A stretch of 64,000 nucleotides of DNA, taken from positions 15,007 through 79,006 of the forward strand of contig PLYM01000174.1 of assembly GCA_003153375.1 (NCBI GenBank). The letters run 5' to 3'. Origin of the DNA: Planctomycetaceae bacterium (lineage in GTDB: Bacteria; Planctomycetota; Planctomycetia; Pirellulales; PALSA-1355). Shown here piece after piece: positions 46,937 through 56,696 of this stretch; position 1 is the stretch's first letter; every line of letters starts with the position of its first letter. The position numbers and the translations under genes are program-made. Under the pieces are notes generated by a model that was not told the DNA's origin, ran no database searches, and saw only the letters and a list, made by a program, of their open reading frames with translations.

Positions 46937-47405
46937 TTCGCATCACGGATTGCGCAGTGACGGGAATGGTCGAGTTAAGAAACAGCATCTTGGCTAGGAC
47001 AACGGGGTAATTCCCGGTGATTTTTACACAGACCGATTCGCCAGGCTGGGCGTTCGTCCACGTTCCCAGGTTGTTTCCCAGGGAGTCCGCGGTGTAGACC
47101 TGGACCGTCTGACCGCTAAGGCTTTGTCCGCCCATTGCCTTAGTGACCGCCGTGGTGACGTCCGACGTAGCGTTTCCATACGTCACCCCGTTGAGGGTCA
47201 CGGGGTTCGTGTGCTCCACTGCATAGCGGGCGCCTTCGCGGGCCGCGTTGGTCACCACTTGCAGCATCATCACGTAGCGGCCGTACTCGAGAATGCCGAA
47301 TAGAAACGTGATCACGACCGGCAGCACCAGAGCAGCCTCGACCGCCGCGGCGCCAAGCCGACGGCGCTGCGAAGCTCCGCGACGACAGCGTGAATCGGTT
47401 TTCAT
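46923..47405 (-). CDS. TadE/TadF-like pseudopilin
   Basis: 160 aa. RRLGAAAVEAALVLPVVITFLFGILEYGRYVMMLQVVTNAAREGARYAV is the TadE-like N-terminal motif. Confidence 0.75.
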   Translation of the reverse strand: MKTDSRCRRGASQRRRLGAAAVEAALVLPVVITFLFGILEYGRYVMMLQVVTNAAREGARYAVEHTNPVTLNGVTYGNATSDVTTAVTKAMGGQSLSGQTVQVYTADSLGNNLGTWTNAQPGESVCVKITGNYPVVLAKMLFLNSTIPVTAQSVMRSESN

Positions 47406-47427
47406 GGACGGACTGCTCCCGGCACGG

Positions 47428-47952
47428 CTAATAGGGCAATGTGGTACTGACAGAGATCTGCGTATCGTTCATCGATTGCCAGTTCACCGTGGCCGATAGC
47501 TGCGAGATCGAGGTGATGCGACTGAACAGGTTCCAACGCAAACTGTTGAACGCCGAGCCCGAGGGAATCGTGACGTTCACGCTGAATTTGTCCAGCGGCA
47601 GGGCGCTTGAGGGATCGGTCCAACTGGGCGAGGCCAGGCACGTCAAGCTCACCGTGGCGCCGTTGACGGCAGTGGTCGGCAACCCTGAGGCTTGCATGTA
47701 GTCGCGAACCGATTGTTGCACCATGGTCGACGTGATCGGAGTGCCGCTGACGTAACCGCTGCCCGCCAGTCGGGCGCCTTCGCGGGCCGCGTTGGTCAGG
47801 ATTTGGGTGACTTGGATCATGCGGCCCACTTCCCAGATGCCCAGCATCAGGATCATTAGCAACGGCAGCGTGACCGCGGCCTCGACGGCCACGACTCCGC
47901 GGCGACGATGTTTTCGAGCAACTCGTTGCATGGATGGTTCCGTTGGATTCAT
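47428..47952 (-). CDS. TadE/TadF-like pseudopilin
   Basis: 174 aa. RRGVVAVEAAVTLPLLMILMLGIWEVGRMIQVTQILTNAAREGARLAG. Confidence 0.75.
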   Translation of the reverse strand: MNPTEPSMQRVARKHRRRGVVAVEAAVTLPLLMILMLGIWEVGRMIQVTQILTNAAREGARLAGSGYVSGTPITSTMVQQSVRDYMQASGLPTTAVNGATVSLTCLASPSWTDPSSALPLDKFSVNVTIPSGSAFNSLRWNLFSRITSISQLSATVNWQSMNDTQISVSTTLPY

Positions 47953-48179
47953 GAGCCCTGCTCGCTGACGCCAGAAAGGGAATCTGGGCGCATTTGATTC
48001 TCCACGGAAAACCTAGCTTAAGATTTGCCGGTCGGGCGAGATAAGCGGCCGCGAGGCGCGCTGAAGTGACAGCTGTCCCCTCCCTCGACCGTTACAGTCG
48101 GCATCGTCGTCGATTGGGCCCCCGGCAAGCATTCGACGAGCCACCGCGTAATCGCTACCAACGTTACGGACAGCGCGCG

Positions 48180-48212
48180 AAAAAACACCGGCCGCCTGGT
48201 TGGCGGCCGGTG
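48180..48212 (-). terminator. Rho-independent terminator of the FGE / Gfo-Idh-MocA transcription unit
   Basis: Perfect 11-bp GC-rich stem CACCGGCCGCC (48186-48196) / GGCGGCCGGTG (48202-48212) with a 5-nt loop. On the minus strand it is followed by TTTTTT (48185-48180). It lies 33 nt after the stop at 48245. Confidence 0.8.
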
Positions 48213-48244
48213 TGGCGAGTTAAGAAAGAACCGACGCGCGTGGG

Positions 48245-49594
48245 TCAGACGACTTTTGTCAGGCCCGGCACGGCCAATTGATAGAGGCCGCTGGCATCGG
48301 GCAACGATTTGGGCGTGGCTTCGAACGACAACTGGTCGGGCAGCAGGCTGATCTCCGAGTTGATCGCGTCGTTCCAGGCAATTTCCTTGCCCGAATACGT
48401 ACACATCCGGCCCAGAATGGCCGTCATCGTGCTCTTCGCGCCGCTCTCGCCTTCATTGATCGGATTGCCCGAGCGAATGCTGGCAAAGAGGTCATCGTGC
48501 TCGACCTGGTAGGGATCCGGCTTCTTGCCCGAGTAGTGCCAGGCGAATCCGTATTTGCCATCGAGCTGAATGGTGGCGTCGCTGATCGTTGCCGATCCCT
48601 TCGTGCCCTGGGCGTGCTCCGAGACGCTATTCCAGCAGCCGGGAATGTGGCGGCACTGGCTGAACATCCGCGAACCGTCGGCATATTCGAATTCGACGGC
48701 GTGATGGTCGAACGTTTCGCCGTAGTCCTTGCCCTTGCGCACCTGGCAGCCGCCCATGCCGTTGGCCTTGATCGGGTAAGCGCCCTTGAGCCAATTGACG
48801 ACGTCCATATTGTGAATGTGCTGTTCGACGATGTGATCACCGCAGATCCAGGTGAAGTAGTACCAGTTGCGCATCTGATAGTCCATTTCGCCCTGGCCCG
48901 GCTCGCGCGATTTGACCCAGGGGGTCGAGCCGTTCCAGTAGACCCGCGTGGTCATGATGTCGCCGATGGCGCCGTCTTGCAGCCGCTTGATCGTCTCGAT
49001 GTACTTGATCTCGTGGCGGCGCTGCAACCCCACGCCAACCGCGAGGTTCTTCTGCTTCGCTTCCGCGGCAGCCGCGAGCACCTTGCGCACACCCGGGGCG
49101 TCGGTGGCCACGGGCTTCTCCATGAACACGTGCTTGTTGGCGGCCACCGCGGCTTGGAAATGGATGGGGCGGAAACCCGGCGGCGTGGCCAAAATCACCA
49201 GGTCAGGACCGGCCGCCAGCGCCTTCTGATAGGCATCGAAGCCCACGAACTTACGATCCTCGGGCACGTCGATCTTGTCTTTCAGATTCTCTTGCTTGCT
49301 GAGCGTCTTGAGACTGCCTTCCAGGCGATCCTGATAGGCGTCGGCCATGGCGATCAGCTTGACCTTGCCCGCGGTGCTCAGCGCCTGGTTTGCGGCGCCC
49401 GTGCCCCGACCGCCGCAGCCGATCAAGGCAATCTTGATCTCATCGTCGCCGGCCGCATGCGCGCTGCGGGCGAGTGACAAGCTGCCGGCGACGGCCGAGC
49501 CGATGGCCAGCGCCGTGGATCCCTTGATGAAATCGCGCCGCGACGGCGAAACCGGGCGGGTCATATTCGGACGGGACGCTTCGCTCATGGTCAA
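48245..49594 (-). CDS. Gfo/Idh/MocA-family NAD(P)-dependent oxidoreductase with a Tat signal
   Basis: 449 aa. SRRDFIKGSTALAIGSAVAG twin-arginine signal, IKIALIGCGGRGTGAANQ Rossmann motif, and a typical C-terminal alpha/beta domain. Confidence 0.85.
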   Translation of the reverse strand: MTMSEASRPNMTRPVSPSRRDFIKGSTALAIGSAVAGSLSLARSAHAAGDDEIKIALIGCGGRGTGAANQALSTAGKVKLIAMADAYQDRLEGSLKTLSKQENLKDKIDVPEDRKFVGFDAYQKALAAGPDLVILATPPGFRPIHFQAAVAANKHVFMEKPVATDAPGVRKVLAAAAEAKQKNLAVGVGLQRRHEIKYIETIKRLQDGAIGDIMTTRVYWNGSTPWVKSREPGQGEMDYQMRNWYYFTWICGDHIVEQHIHNMDVVNWLKGAYPIKANGMGGCQVRKGKDYGETFDHHAVEFEYADGSRMFSQCRHIPGCWNSVSEHAQGTKGSATISDATIQLDGKYGFAWHYSGKKPDPYQVEHDDLFASIRSGNPINEGESGAKSTMTAILGRMCTYSGKEIAWNDAINSEISLLPDQLSFEATPKSLPDASGLYQLAVPGLTKVV

Positions 49595-49638
49595 GTTCTC
49601 CAGTGAATTGAGCTGTGGGGGAAACGGCGGAACGGGAA

Positions 49639-50724
49639 CTACTCGTCAGCTCCGGCATTCCAGATCTTGGTTTTCTCGGCCTCGCTCGGTTCGTGTAGCG
49701 GTCGCACCACGCGAAAGCCCAGGAACAACGCGTCAGTAAAATACCAGATGCTCTGCGGCAACTGCGGGTCTTGCTGCTTCCAATCTCGGTTCGAGCCCAC
49801 GCGCGCCGAACTGCGCAGCCCGCTGGGATCACCATCCCACGAGCCGCCGCGCGTGGCCTGCGGATAGAGTTTCGTCGGAATGGCCCAAGGATTCTTGCTC
49901 GACTTGCCGGCAAACTGTTTGTAGAAGTCCGGAATATATTGGTCGAGCGTCCATTCCGCCACATTGCCGTGCATGTCGTAGAGGCCCCACGGGTTGGGCT
50001 TCTTGACGCCCACCTTGTGGTACTTGTCCTCGCTATTGTCGAAATACCAGGCATATTCGCCGAGCTGCGCCGGGTCGTCGCCAAAGTGATAGGCGGTTTT
50101 CGAGCCGGCGCGGGCCGCGTACTCCCATTCGGCTTCGGTGGGCAGCCGGTAGTAGCGGCCCGTCTTGGCACTGAGCCATTTGCAATAGGTTTTGGCGGCC
50201 AATTGCGTCATGCAAATCGCCGGAAATCCCTCCTTGCCCATGCCGAAGGTCATGTCCGTATACGGCTTCGTCGGCCGCGTGACCGCGTCGGCCTGCTTTT
50301 CCAATTCGCTGGCCGCGACCTTATTGAGCTCGCGGCGTTGGATATCGAGACTAAACATCCAGATTTCATATTCGTTCCACGTGACTTCGCACTTGCCCAT
50401 CCAGAACGGTTCGATCTCGACTTCGTGCTGCGGGCCCTCGTCCTCCTTGCGATCGGCTTCCGTGTCGGGGCTGCCCATCAGGAAGCGGCCGCCGGGAATC
50501 GGCACCATCTCGAACGTCACGTCGCCGTTGGCAATCACCTCGGTGTAGGGTTTCATCTCGCCCTGGGTCTTAGCCGTGGCGTTTTTCACTTCAGCCGGCG
50601 TCTTGGTCGCGTCGGCCGCCACCGTGTGCGGAAGTTGAACGACCACCAGAGCAAAAATCGAAACAGCGGCCACGCACGCGCGCCGCATTTGCATCCTTGC
50701 CCGCGGCGAGATTACGCTATGCAT
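49639..50724 (-). CDS. Formylglycine-generating-enzyme family protein (SUMF1/FGE-sulfatase domain)
   Basis: 361 aa with a signal peptide. GGRFLMGSP...[60 protein letters not shown]. Confidence 0.85.
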   Translation of the reverse strand: MHSVISPRARMQMRRACVAAVSIFALVVVQLPHTVAADATKTPAEVKNATAKTQGEMKPYTEVIANGDVTFEMVPIPGGRFLMGSPDTEADRKEDEGPQHEVEIEPFWMGKCEVTWNEYEIWMFSLDIQRRELNKVAASELEKQADAVTRPTKPYTDMTFGMGKEGFPAICMTQLAAKTYCKWLSAKTGRYYRLPTEAEWEYAARAGSKTAYHFGDDPAQLGEYAWYFDNSEDKYHKVGVKKPNPWGLYDMHGNVAEWTLDQYIPDFYKQFAGKSSKNPWAIPTKLYPQATRGGSWDGDPSGLRSSARVGSNRDWKQQDPQLPQSIWYFTDALFLGFRVVRPLHEPSEAEKTKIWNAGADE

Positions 50725-50816
50725 AACTGGGAATCCTCGTCAGGCATTCTTCGCAGGCCGACACCGATCCCCCGACGCCGCCCAAATTGCTGACAGCGAG
50801 GAGGCCGAGGCCCGCG

Positions 50817-51869
50817 ATGAAGAGGTTGCCTGTTGTGTTGTTGTGGGTATTGTTTCTCGCGCCGTGCACCTCGCTCGCGGCCGCGCCGGAGGGCGGCGAA
50901 CTGGAGCGGTTTGAGTCCACGCAACGCGAGATGGGGGTGCCATTTAAGATCATATTGTATGTTCGCGACCAGACGGCTGCAAACCGCGCTTTTCAGGCCG
51001 CGTTTTCGCGGATTTCCGAGTTGAACCAGGTGCTCAGCGACTACGACGACCAGAGCGAGCTGAGTCGACTGACTCGAACCGCCCCGTCGCCAAAACCCGT
51101 GCCAGTCAGCGATCCGTTGTGGCTGGTGCTCGAGCGATCGCAGCAACTGGCCGAACAAACGGATGGCGCATTCGACGTGACCGTCGGACCCTACGTGCGG
51201 CTGTGGCGCCGCGCGCGGCGCTCGAAGGAAATGCCCTCAGCCGAGCGACTCGCCGAAGCCCGCGCCGCGGTCGGCTACAGGTTTCTGAGGCTTGATCCGG
51301 AGCACCACATGGCCCAGTTGCTGCGGCCCCACATGCGGCTCGACCTAGGCGGTATCGCGATGGGCTACGCGGTCGACGAGACCCTGAAGCGATTGCGCGA
51401 GCTGGGCATCACCCGGGCCCTGGTCGATGCCAGCGGCGATATCGGCGTCGGCGATCCTCCGCCGGGCAAGGCAGGTTGGACCATCGCCGTCGTACCGCTG
51501 TCACACGAAGGCACGCCCACGAAGCAGATCCTGCTAGCCAATGCGGCGGTTTCGACAGCGGGCGATGCGTTTCAACACGTCGTCATCCTCGGCCAGCGCT
51601 ATTCGCACATCGTCGATCCGCACACCGGATTGGGCATGACCGATCGAGTGGGCGTCACGGTGGTCGCCGCCGATTGCCTTACGGCCGACGGCCTGGACAC
51701 GGCCGTGGCCGCGCTCGGCCCCGCGCGGGGCCTGGAATTGGTCGAAAAGACACCTGGCGCTGCAGCGTTCCTGGTCCGACCGCGGGAAGAGGGCGAGCCC
51801 GAGGTTTTTGAATCGAGCCGCTTCGCGCGCTACGTCATCCCATCCGAGCCGCAGCCGATCGAGAAATAA
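50817..51869 (+). CDS. apbE: FAD:protein FMN transferase
   Basis: Start moved to ATG 50817 (signal/lipobox MKRLPVVLLWVLFLAPC). DGAFDVTVGPYVRLW, LDLGGIAMGYAVDE, LVDASGDIG, SHIVDPHTG are ApbE motifs. Confidence 0.85.
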   Translation: MKRLPVVLLWVLFLAPCTSLAAAPEGGELERFESTQREMGVPFKIILYVRDQTAANRAFQAAFSRISELNQVLSDYDDQSELSRLTRTAPSPKPVPVSDPLWLVLERSQQLAEQTDGAFDVTVGPYVRLWRRARRSKEMPSAERLAEARAAVGYRFLRLDPEHHMAQLLRPHMRLDLGGIAMGYAVDETLKRLRELGITRALVDASGDIGVGDPPPGKAGWTIAVVPLSHEGTPTKQILLANAAVSTAGDAFQHVVILGQRYSHIVDPHTGLGMTDRVGVTVVAADCLTADGLDTAVAALGPARGLELVEKTPGAAAFLVRPREEGEPEVFESSRFARYVIPSEPQPIEK

Positions 51870-51901
51870 TATTACGCGCCAAGCACCTTCGAGTACCCAC
51901 C

Positions 51902-54202
51902 ATGCCCCGCAATCTGAATCCATTCCCCCTTGACCGCATCCTCACTGCTGTCGTTGGAGCGCTCGTGTTTCTGCCGTGCGATCTGGCGCGGGCTGACTTT
52001 CCCAACCCTCACGCGGCCGATTTGCCGCCGCGCACGTTGATTGGCACGCCGGCCAAGCGCGACGTGCCGACGTGGTTGCAGACGAACCTCCGGGTCGGCC
52101 ATTTGCCCGGTTACAACGAGCGGATGGTAAGCGAGTTTCTCAAGGCCGGTTACAACGTCGTGACCGTCAACTGCCTCGGCACTTGGGACCGTGTCGGACC
52201 GTCGGCCGACCTTTACACTTCGGAAGAGGTCGCGCGGGCCGATGCTTACCTGCGACAGGTTGTCGACAAGATTCACGCCGCGGGCGCCAAGAGCGTGCTT
52301 TATGTCGGACCGGTACAGGTGCCGATGCTGAGCAAGGAATTTCGCGCGGCGCATCCGGAGTGGCTGCGCGTGAAAAGCGACGGCGGCCGGGACGAGAATT
52401 TCGGCAACATACGTAGCGGCTATGCCGACTGGCTCTGCGAGCAGTTGGCCTATGTCGTCAAAACCTACCAGGCCGATGGATTCTGGTTCGACGGCTATGC
52501 GCCGGTCCATTTGCACACCTATGATGACGACACGCGCAAGGCGTTCCGTGAATTCTCTGGCGGCCACGACATCCCCAGTCAATTCGACCTGGTGCGCGAT
52601 TCGATCGCGCGGCAATATCTGGGTTGGCACGAGCAGTACTTCGTCGACCTGGCCGATCGCATGCGGGGAGCGATCCGAGGCGAGAACGCCGAGGCGGTCA
52701 TCTTTGCCAATTACTCGGCGAATCGCACCTGGTACTATCCCGACATGTATATGGGCGAGTATCCGGCGGCCTACGGCGGCGCGGTCGACGTGGCTTCGGT
52801 CGAACTGTATTGGGATGTGCCCGGCGACGCGCTCTATCAACAGTTCTGTTGTGCGTTCGTGCAAGCCGTGACGCACGATCGCGGCGGATCGGTGTGGATT
52901 CAACCGCAGTCGCACGGCATCTCGGGCGTGTCCTCGCCGCTTGAGATTCAGCTTCGCGGGCTCGAAGGCGCGCCCTGGGGTGTCTATCCGGAATTCGTTG
53001 AGTCGGCGCTGCGGGAAGAGTATTTCAAATTGCACGTCAGCAATGTCAAGGCTCGCGAGGCCTGGTGGATTAAGTCGCAGCCCGTGCCCTACATTGGCAT
53101 CGTGGCCTCGGAACAGACGCGAGCGTTGTTTGCACAGGGTGCGTTGCCGGTCTACTTTTCGCACACGCTGGGCGCGTTTCGAGCGGTCTTCGAGAAGCAC
53201 TGGCCGGTGCGAGTGCTGACGGAATATGACCTGGAAGACGTCGACTTGCAGGGCGTGCGCGTACTGGTCCTGCCGAACGTGGCCTGCCTGTCGGAGCGCG
53301 CGGCCGAAGTCGTGCGCCGCTTCGTGGCCGCCGGCGGCGGGCTCGTGGCCAGCTTCGAGACCGGCCTGTATGACGAATCGTTCACGCGGCGTGACGACTT
53401 TGTGCTGTCCGATCTATTGCACGCCCATTACGTGCGGTCGCACGCCGTCAGCGTTCGCACCGATAACCTGTATCTCAAGCTCGAAGGCGAGCACCCGATC
53501 ACGGCGGATTCGGCCATTCGAACCAGGCAAGCCACGGCCTGGGCCGGGGGCCTGGGTGAGCCGCCCGCGGCGGGTGAATTGGCGCTGATCGCCAGTGCTG
53601 TCGAGGCCAAGGTGGCCGAGGGGGGCCAGGTGCTGGCGACCTATCGACTCAATCAGGCCGACGCCGGCAGCGGGCGGCATCCGGCAATCATCGCCTCGTC
53701 GTTCGGCAAAGGGCGCGTCGTGTACTTTCCGGCCAGCGTCGATAAGGGCATGTTCTTCTATCCCGACGCCTACATGCGCCAGATGCTCACGGCCGCTTGC
53801 CGTTGGACCGCCGGTGACGACGCGCCGCCGGTTGAAGTCGAAGGACCGCTGGTGTTGGCTACCACCACACGCCGGCAGCCAGAAAAGGGACGAACGATCG
53901 TGCACCTGCTGAACGATCATAGCTCTTACGGCCGGCACTCGATCTACCAGAAGCTGGCCGCGCTGCCCGAGGAGTTGCAAAAGAAATGGGGCTTTCCGAA
54001 TCAGTCCGAGCTGCGCGGAACGTGGCCGGTGCGCGAGGAGCTGATTCCGCTGCACGACATTCGGGTGAAATGTCGCGTGCCGGGCGTGAAGAAGGCCACG
54101 CTTGAGCCCGAACATCTCGATTTGCCGCTGGAACACCTCGAAGACGCTGTGCAGGTGACAGTGCCCAAGCTTTTGATGCACTCGATGGTGGTTTTCGAGT
54201 GA
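51902..54202 (+). CDS. Putative glycoside-hydrolase-like protein (GHL6-type TIM barrel + beta-galactosidase-trimerisation-like / class I GATase-like domain)
   Basis: 766 aa with a signal peptide. GYNVVTVNCLG...ADGFWFDGY resembles GHL6-type barrels. VRVLVLPNVACLSERAAEVVRRFVAAGGGLVASFETG resembles the GH42 middle domain. The family assignment is recalled, not searched. Confidence 0.5.
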   Translation: MPRNLNPFPLDRILTAVVGALVFLPCDLARADFPNPHAADLPPRTLIGTPAKRDVPTWLQTNLRVGHLPGYNERMVSEFLKAGYNVVTVNCLGTWDRVGPSADLYTSEEVARADAYLRQVVDKIHAAGAKSVLYVGPVQVPMLSKEFRAAHPEWLRVKSDGGRDENFGNIRSGYADWLCEQLAYVVKTYQADGFWFDGYAPVHLHTYDDDTRKAFREFSGGHDIPSQFDLVRDSIARQYLGWHEQYFVDLADRMRGAIRGENAEAVIFANYSANRTWYYPDMYMGEYPAAYGGAVDVASVELYWDVPGDALYQQFCCAFVQAVTHDRGGSVWIQPQSHGISGVSSPLEIQLRGLEGAPWGVYPEFVESALREEYFKLHVSNVKAREAWWIKSQPVPYIGIVASEQTRALFAQGALPVYFSHTLGAFRAVFEKHWPVRVLTEYDLEDVDLQGVRVLVLPNVACLSERAAEVVRRFVAAGGGLVASFETGLYDESFTRRDDFVLSDLLHAHYVRSHAVSVRTDNLYLKLEGEHPITADSAIRTRQATAWAGGLGEPPAAGELALIASAVEAKVAEGGQVLATYRLNQADAGSGRHPAIIASSFGKGRVVYFPASVDKGMFFYPDAYMRQMLTAACRWTAGDDAPPVEVEGPLVLATTTRRQPEKGRTIVHLLNDHSSYGRHSIYQKLAALPEELQKKWGFPNQSELRGTWPVREELIPLHDIRVKCRVPGVKKATLEPEHLDLPLEHLEDAVQVTVPKLLMHSMVVFE

Positions 54203-54210
54203 ACGGCGAT

Positions 54211-55476
54211 TTACTTCGCCGGGTTCTCGCCGCCCAAACACCACAAGTGGCTGGCACTTCGCATGAAGATGCGGCCGGCGGAGATGGCCGGCGAGGCGTA
54301 GACGAGCTGATCGATCGTGTTGCGGGACAATTCTTCGAACTGTTTGGTGTGTGCGCGAATCACGAGCGTCGTGCCGGTTTCGTTGGTAAAATAAATTCGG
54401 CCGTCGGCCGAAACCGGCGACGAAGTAAAGTCGCCGCCAAACCGCTTCCGCCAGACTTGCTTGCCGGTCGCGGCGTCGAGACAGGTGCCAATGCCGTGAT
54501 CGTCGGCAATGTAGTAATAGTCGCCGACCAGGATGGCGCTCGGCACGTAGGGATTGCCGCGCGTGCTCGTCCAGACGACGTGCGAATCGGTCACATCGCC
54601 GCGGCCGCCGGGCCTCACGGCGAAGCTGGCGGCACCTGGGCCGCTGACGGCGTAGATCAGCCCGTGGCCAATCACCGGCGTGGGAATGCACTCTCGCGCC
54701 ATGCCGCGCAACGTCCACAGCGGCTCGCCGCTACGCGGGTCGAGGGCGTCCATCTTTTCAGACGAACACAAGATGAGTTCCCGGACGCCCGCGTCGCCGG
54801 CCGGCGCGCTGATGGGTGACGACCACGAAAGCCACACGCCGGGCCGGTCGGTTTTCCATCGATTGGCGCCGGTACGCTTGTCGATTGCCAAGGCATAAGA
54901 AGGACCAAAGTGATCGCATTGCACGATCAGCAAGTCTTCAAACAGCAGCGGGGAACTCGACGCGGCAAATCGATTTTCGAACACGCCATATTCGTTCGAC
55001 AGGGCCCGCTGCCACTCGAGCCGGCCGGACATATCAAAGCAAAACACATCGCCGCTGCCGAAGAAGGCGTAGATATGTTCGCCATCGGTCACGGGCGATG
55101 GGCTGGCCATGCTGCTCTTGGTCTCGTGGTGCAACGTGGGCGCGGTGCCCCACATTCGGGCGTGCCACAATTGCCGGCCGCCATCGCGGTCGAGACACAC
55201 CACGTGCAATTCTTCCTGACGAGCGCCGTCCGAGCTGGTGCAGATGACCATGCGGTCCCAGACGATCGGGTTCGAGATTCCCGAGCCGGGAAGAGGGACT
55301 TTCCACTGAACTCCGGAATCCGCCGACCAGTTCAACGGTGCGCCCTGATCGGTCGTCACTCCATTGCGCTCGGGCCCACGCCAGCCTGGCCAGTTCTCGC
55401 CGCGCGCGCTGGCGAGCCCAATGCAGGTTGCCGCCAAGCCTGCGACACACGCAAACCGCCGCCATGCTCGCATCAT
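54211..55476 (-). CDS. PQQ-like beta-propeller repeat protein (BamB-family fold), secreted
   Basis: 421 aa with a signal peptide. ENWPGWRGPERNGV...WKVPLPGSGISNPIV is the standard opening of planctomycete PQQ-like propeller proteins. The W/G-rich blade pattern repeats. Confidence 0.75.
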   Translation of the reverse strand: MMRAWRRFACVAGLAATCIGLASARGENWPGWRGPERNGVTTDQGAPLNWSADSGVQWKVPLPGSGISNPIVWDRMVICTSSDGARQEELHVVCLDRDGGRQLWHARMWGTAPTLHHETKSSMASPSPVTDGEHIYAFFGSGDVFCFDMSGRLEWQRALSNEYGVFENRFAASSSPLLFEDLLIVQCDHFGPSYALAIDKRTGANRWKTDRPGVWLSWSSPISAPAGDAGVRELILCSSEKMDALDPRSGEPLWTLRGMARECIPTPVIGHGLIYAVSGPGAASFAVRPGGRGDVTDSHVVWTSTRGNPYVPSAILVGDYYYIADDHGIGTCLDAATGKQVWRKRFGGDFTSSPVSADGRIYFTNETGTTLVIRAHTKQFEELSRNTIDQLVYASPAISAGRIFMRSASHLWCLGGENPAK

Positions 55477-56696
55477 GGGGACGCCTCGGCCGGTGGTGGC
55501 GACACGACGCCGAGCGGAATTCCTTTGCCGTTCTCATCGCAGAAACGGAGCTGCAACGACCAGTTGTTGGCCACTTGCGGATCCTTGTTCGGGGGCCCCT
55601 GACAGACTTTTACCAGCAATTCGTTGGGACCCCGCTTCAGCCGCACAGTCGCCCGAAAGCGGTCAAAGCGAATGCCGTTGAGCCATTGCTCGCGCGAGAA
55701 GACTTTCTGGCCATTGAGCCAGACCGTGCAATTATCGTCGGCCCCACAGCGCAGCTCGGCGGCGCGGTCTGCGGTGGCCACGACCTGGGCATAGGCATAG
55801 CCGACGGCCTCCTGGCAGGGCGCCAAGGCCGCGACCAGGTTGACCAGGCCCAAAGCATCCGAAGTGCGATGACGAAGCCAGCCGATCGGCGCGCCCAGTT
55901 GCCCGGGATACTGCTCGCCAAGAACGACGCGCTTCTCGGGTGGAAACTCGCGTGAGAAGCCGGTGAAGCGGGGCGCGTCGAACGGGCCGATCAGCCACCA
56001 GTCGATCACCAGGCCCAGGTGGGCCGCGATGTCAACCTGCTCGCCGAAACCAGAGAGCTTCGCGGCCGCGCGAGCTGTCTGGTTGCCGTCGCGCGAGTGC
56101 TCGAATGCCTGGCGAAACGCGTCGCGAGCCGCCTCCGAGTCACCGGCGTCAACCGCCTCTTGCCCGACCGCCAACTCGCGCTCGACCGCGTCGTCGCGAA
56201 ACTCGGGATCGTCGAGCATCCTTGGAATCAACTGTGCCGAGTACTGTGGGTCGAGGCGGTCGCAAAGCCCCAGAACGAGTCGGCGCACTCGGCCCTGGTG
56301 CCGTGGGTCGAGGACGAACTCGTGCAATTCCGCCACGGGGAACTGGGGAGACGTCTTTTGAAACTCGCGCTCGACGATCGACTCGTAAGCCGAGCGATAC
56401 CAATTGGCTGCCACGGGGTTCTCGGTTTCCATGGCAGTCAACAGCCGCGGTAGCACGTCGGTGCCTTTCGCGGCCAAGGCCTGCGAGGAGGCCTGGGCCG
56501 CGGCCGATCCGGCGCCGTGTGGACCGACGGCGGCGATCTTGGCCAAATGTTGGCCGACGTCATCGCCGGCGTGCCCCCATGCGAACGGCGCGGCCAAGAA
56601 GGATGCCGCCAGGCCAGCCAAGCATGCCGTTACATTGTGCATCCTTGGGATGACTGGCCGCCGAAGCCGACGCAGGCTGTGTTCCTGCAACTTCAT
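55473..56696 (-). CDS. Secreted hypothetical protein: helical (HEAT/ARM-like) N-terminal half + beta-sandwich C-terminal half
   Basis: 407 aa. ATGA-coupled on both sides (56693-56696 and 55473-55476). The C-terminal CGADDNCTVWLNGQKVF...NELLVKV resembles galactose-binding-like jelly rolls. I did not recognise a family. Confidence 0.55.
   Translation of the reverse strand: MKLQEHSLRRLRRPVIPRMHNVTACLAGLAASFLAAPFAWGHAGDDVGQHLAKIAAVGPHGAGSAAAQASSQALAAKGTDVLPRLLTAMETENPVAANWYRSAYESIVEREFQKTSPQFPVAELHEFVLDPRHQGRVRRLVLGLCDRLDPQYSAQLIPRMLDDPEFRDDAVERELAVGQEAVDAGDSEAARDAFRQAFEHSRDGNQTARAAAKLSGFGEQVDIAAHLGLVIDWWLIGPFDAPRFTGFSREFPPEKRVVLGEQYPGQLGAPIGWLRHRTSDALGLVNLVAALAPCQEAVGYAYAQVVATADRAAELRCGADDNCTVWLNGQKVFSREQWLNGIRFDRFRATVRLKRGPNELLVKVCQGPPNKDPQVANNWSLQLRFCDENGKGIPLGVVSPPPAEASP

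Noticed and set aside
51872-54718. Minus-strand ORFs 51872-53200 (442 aa) and 53414-54718 (434 aa)
   Set aside because: Antisense to the 766-aa signal-peptide-bearing GHL6-like gene. The second also runs across the convergent junction into the PQQ-propeller gene in another frame. Neither has motifs.
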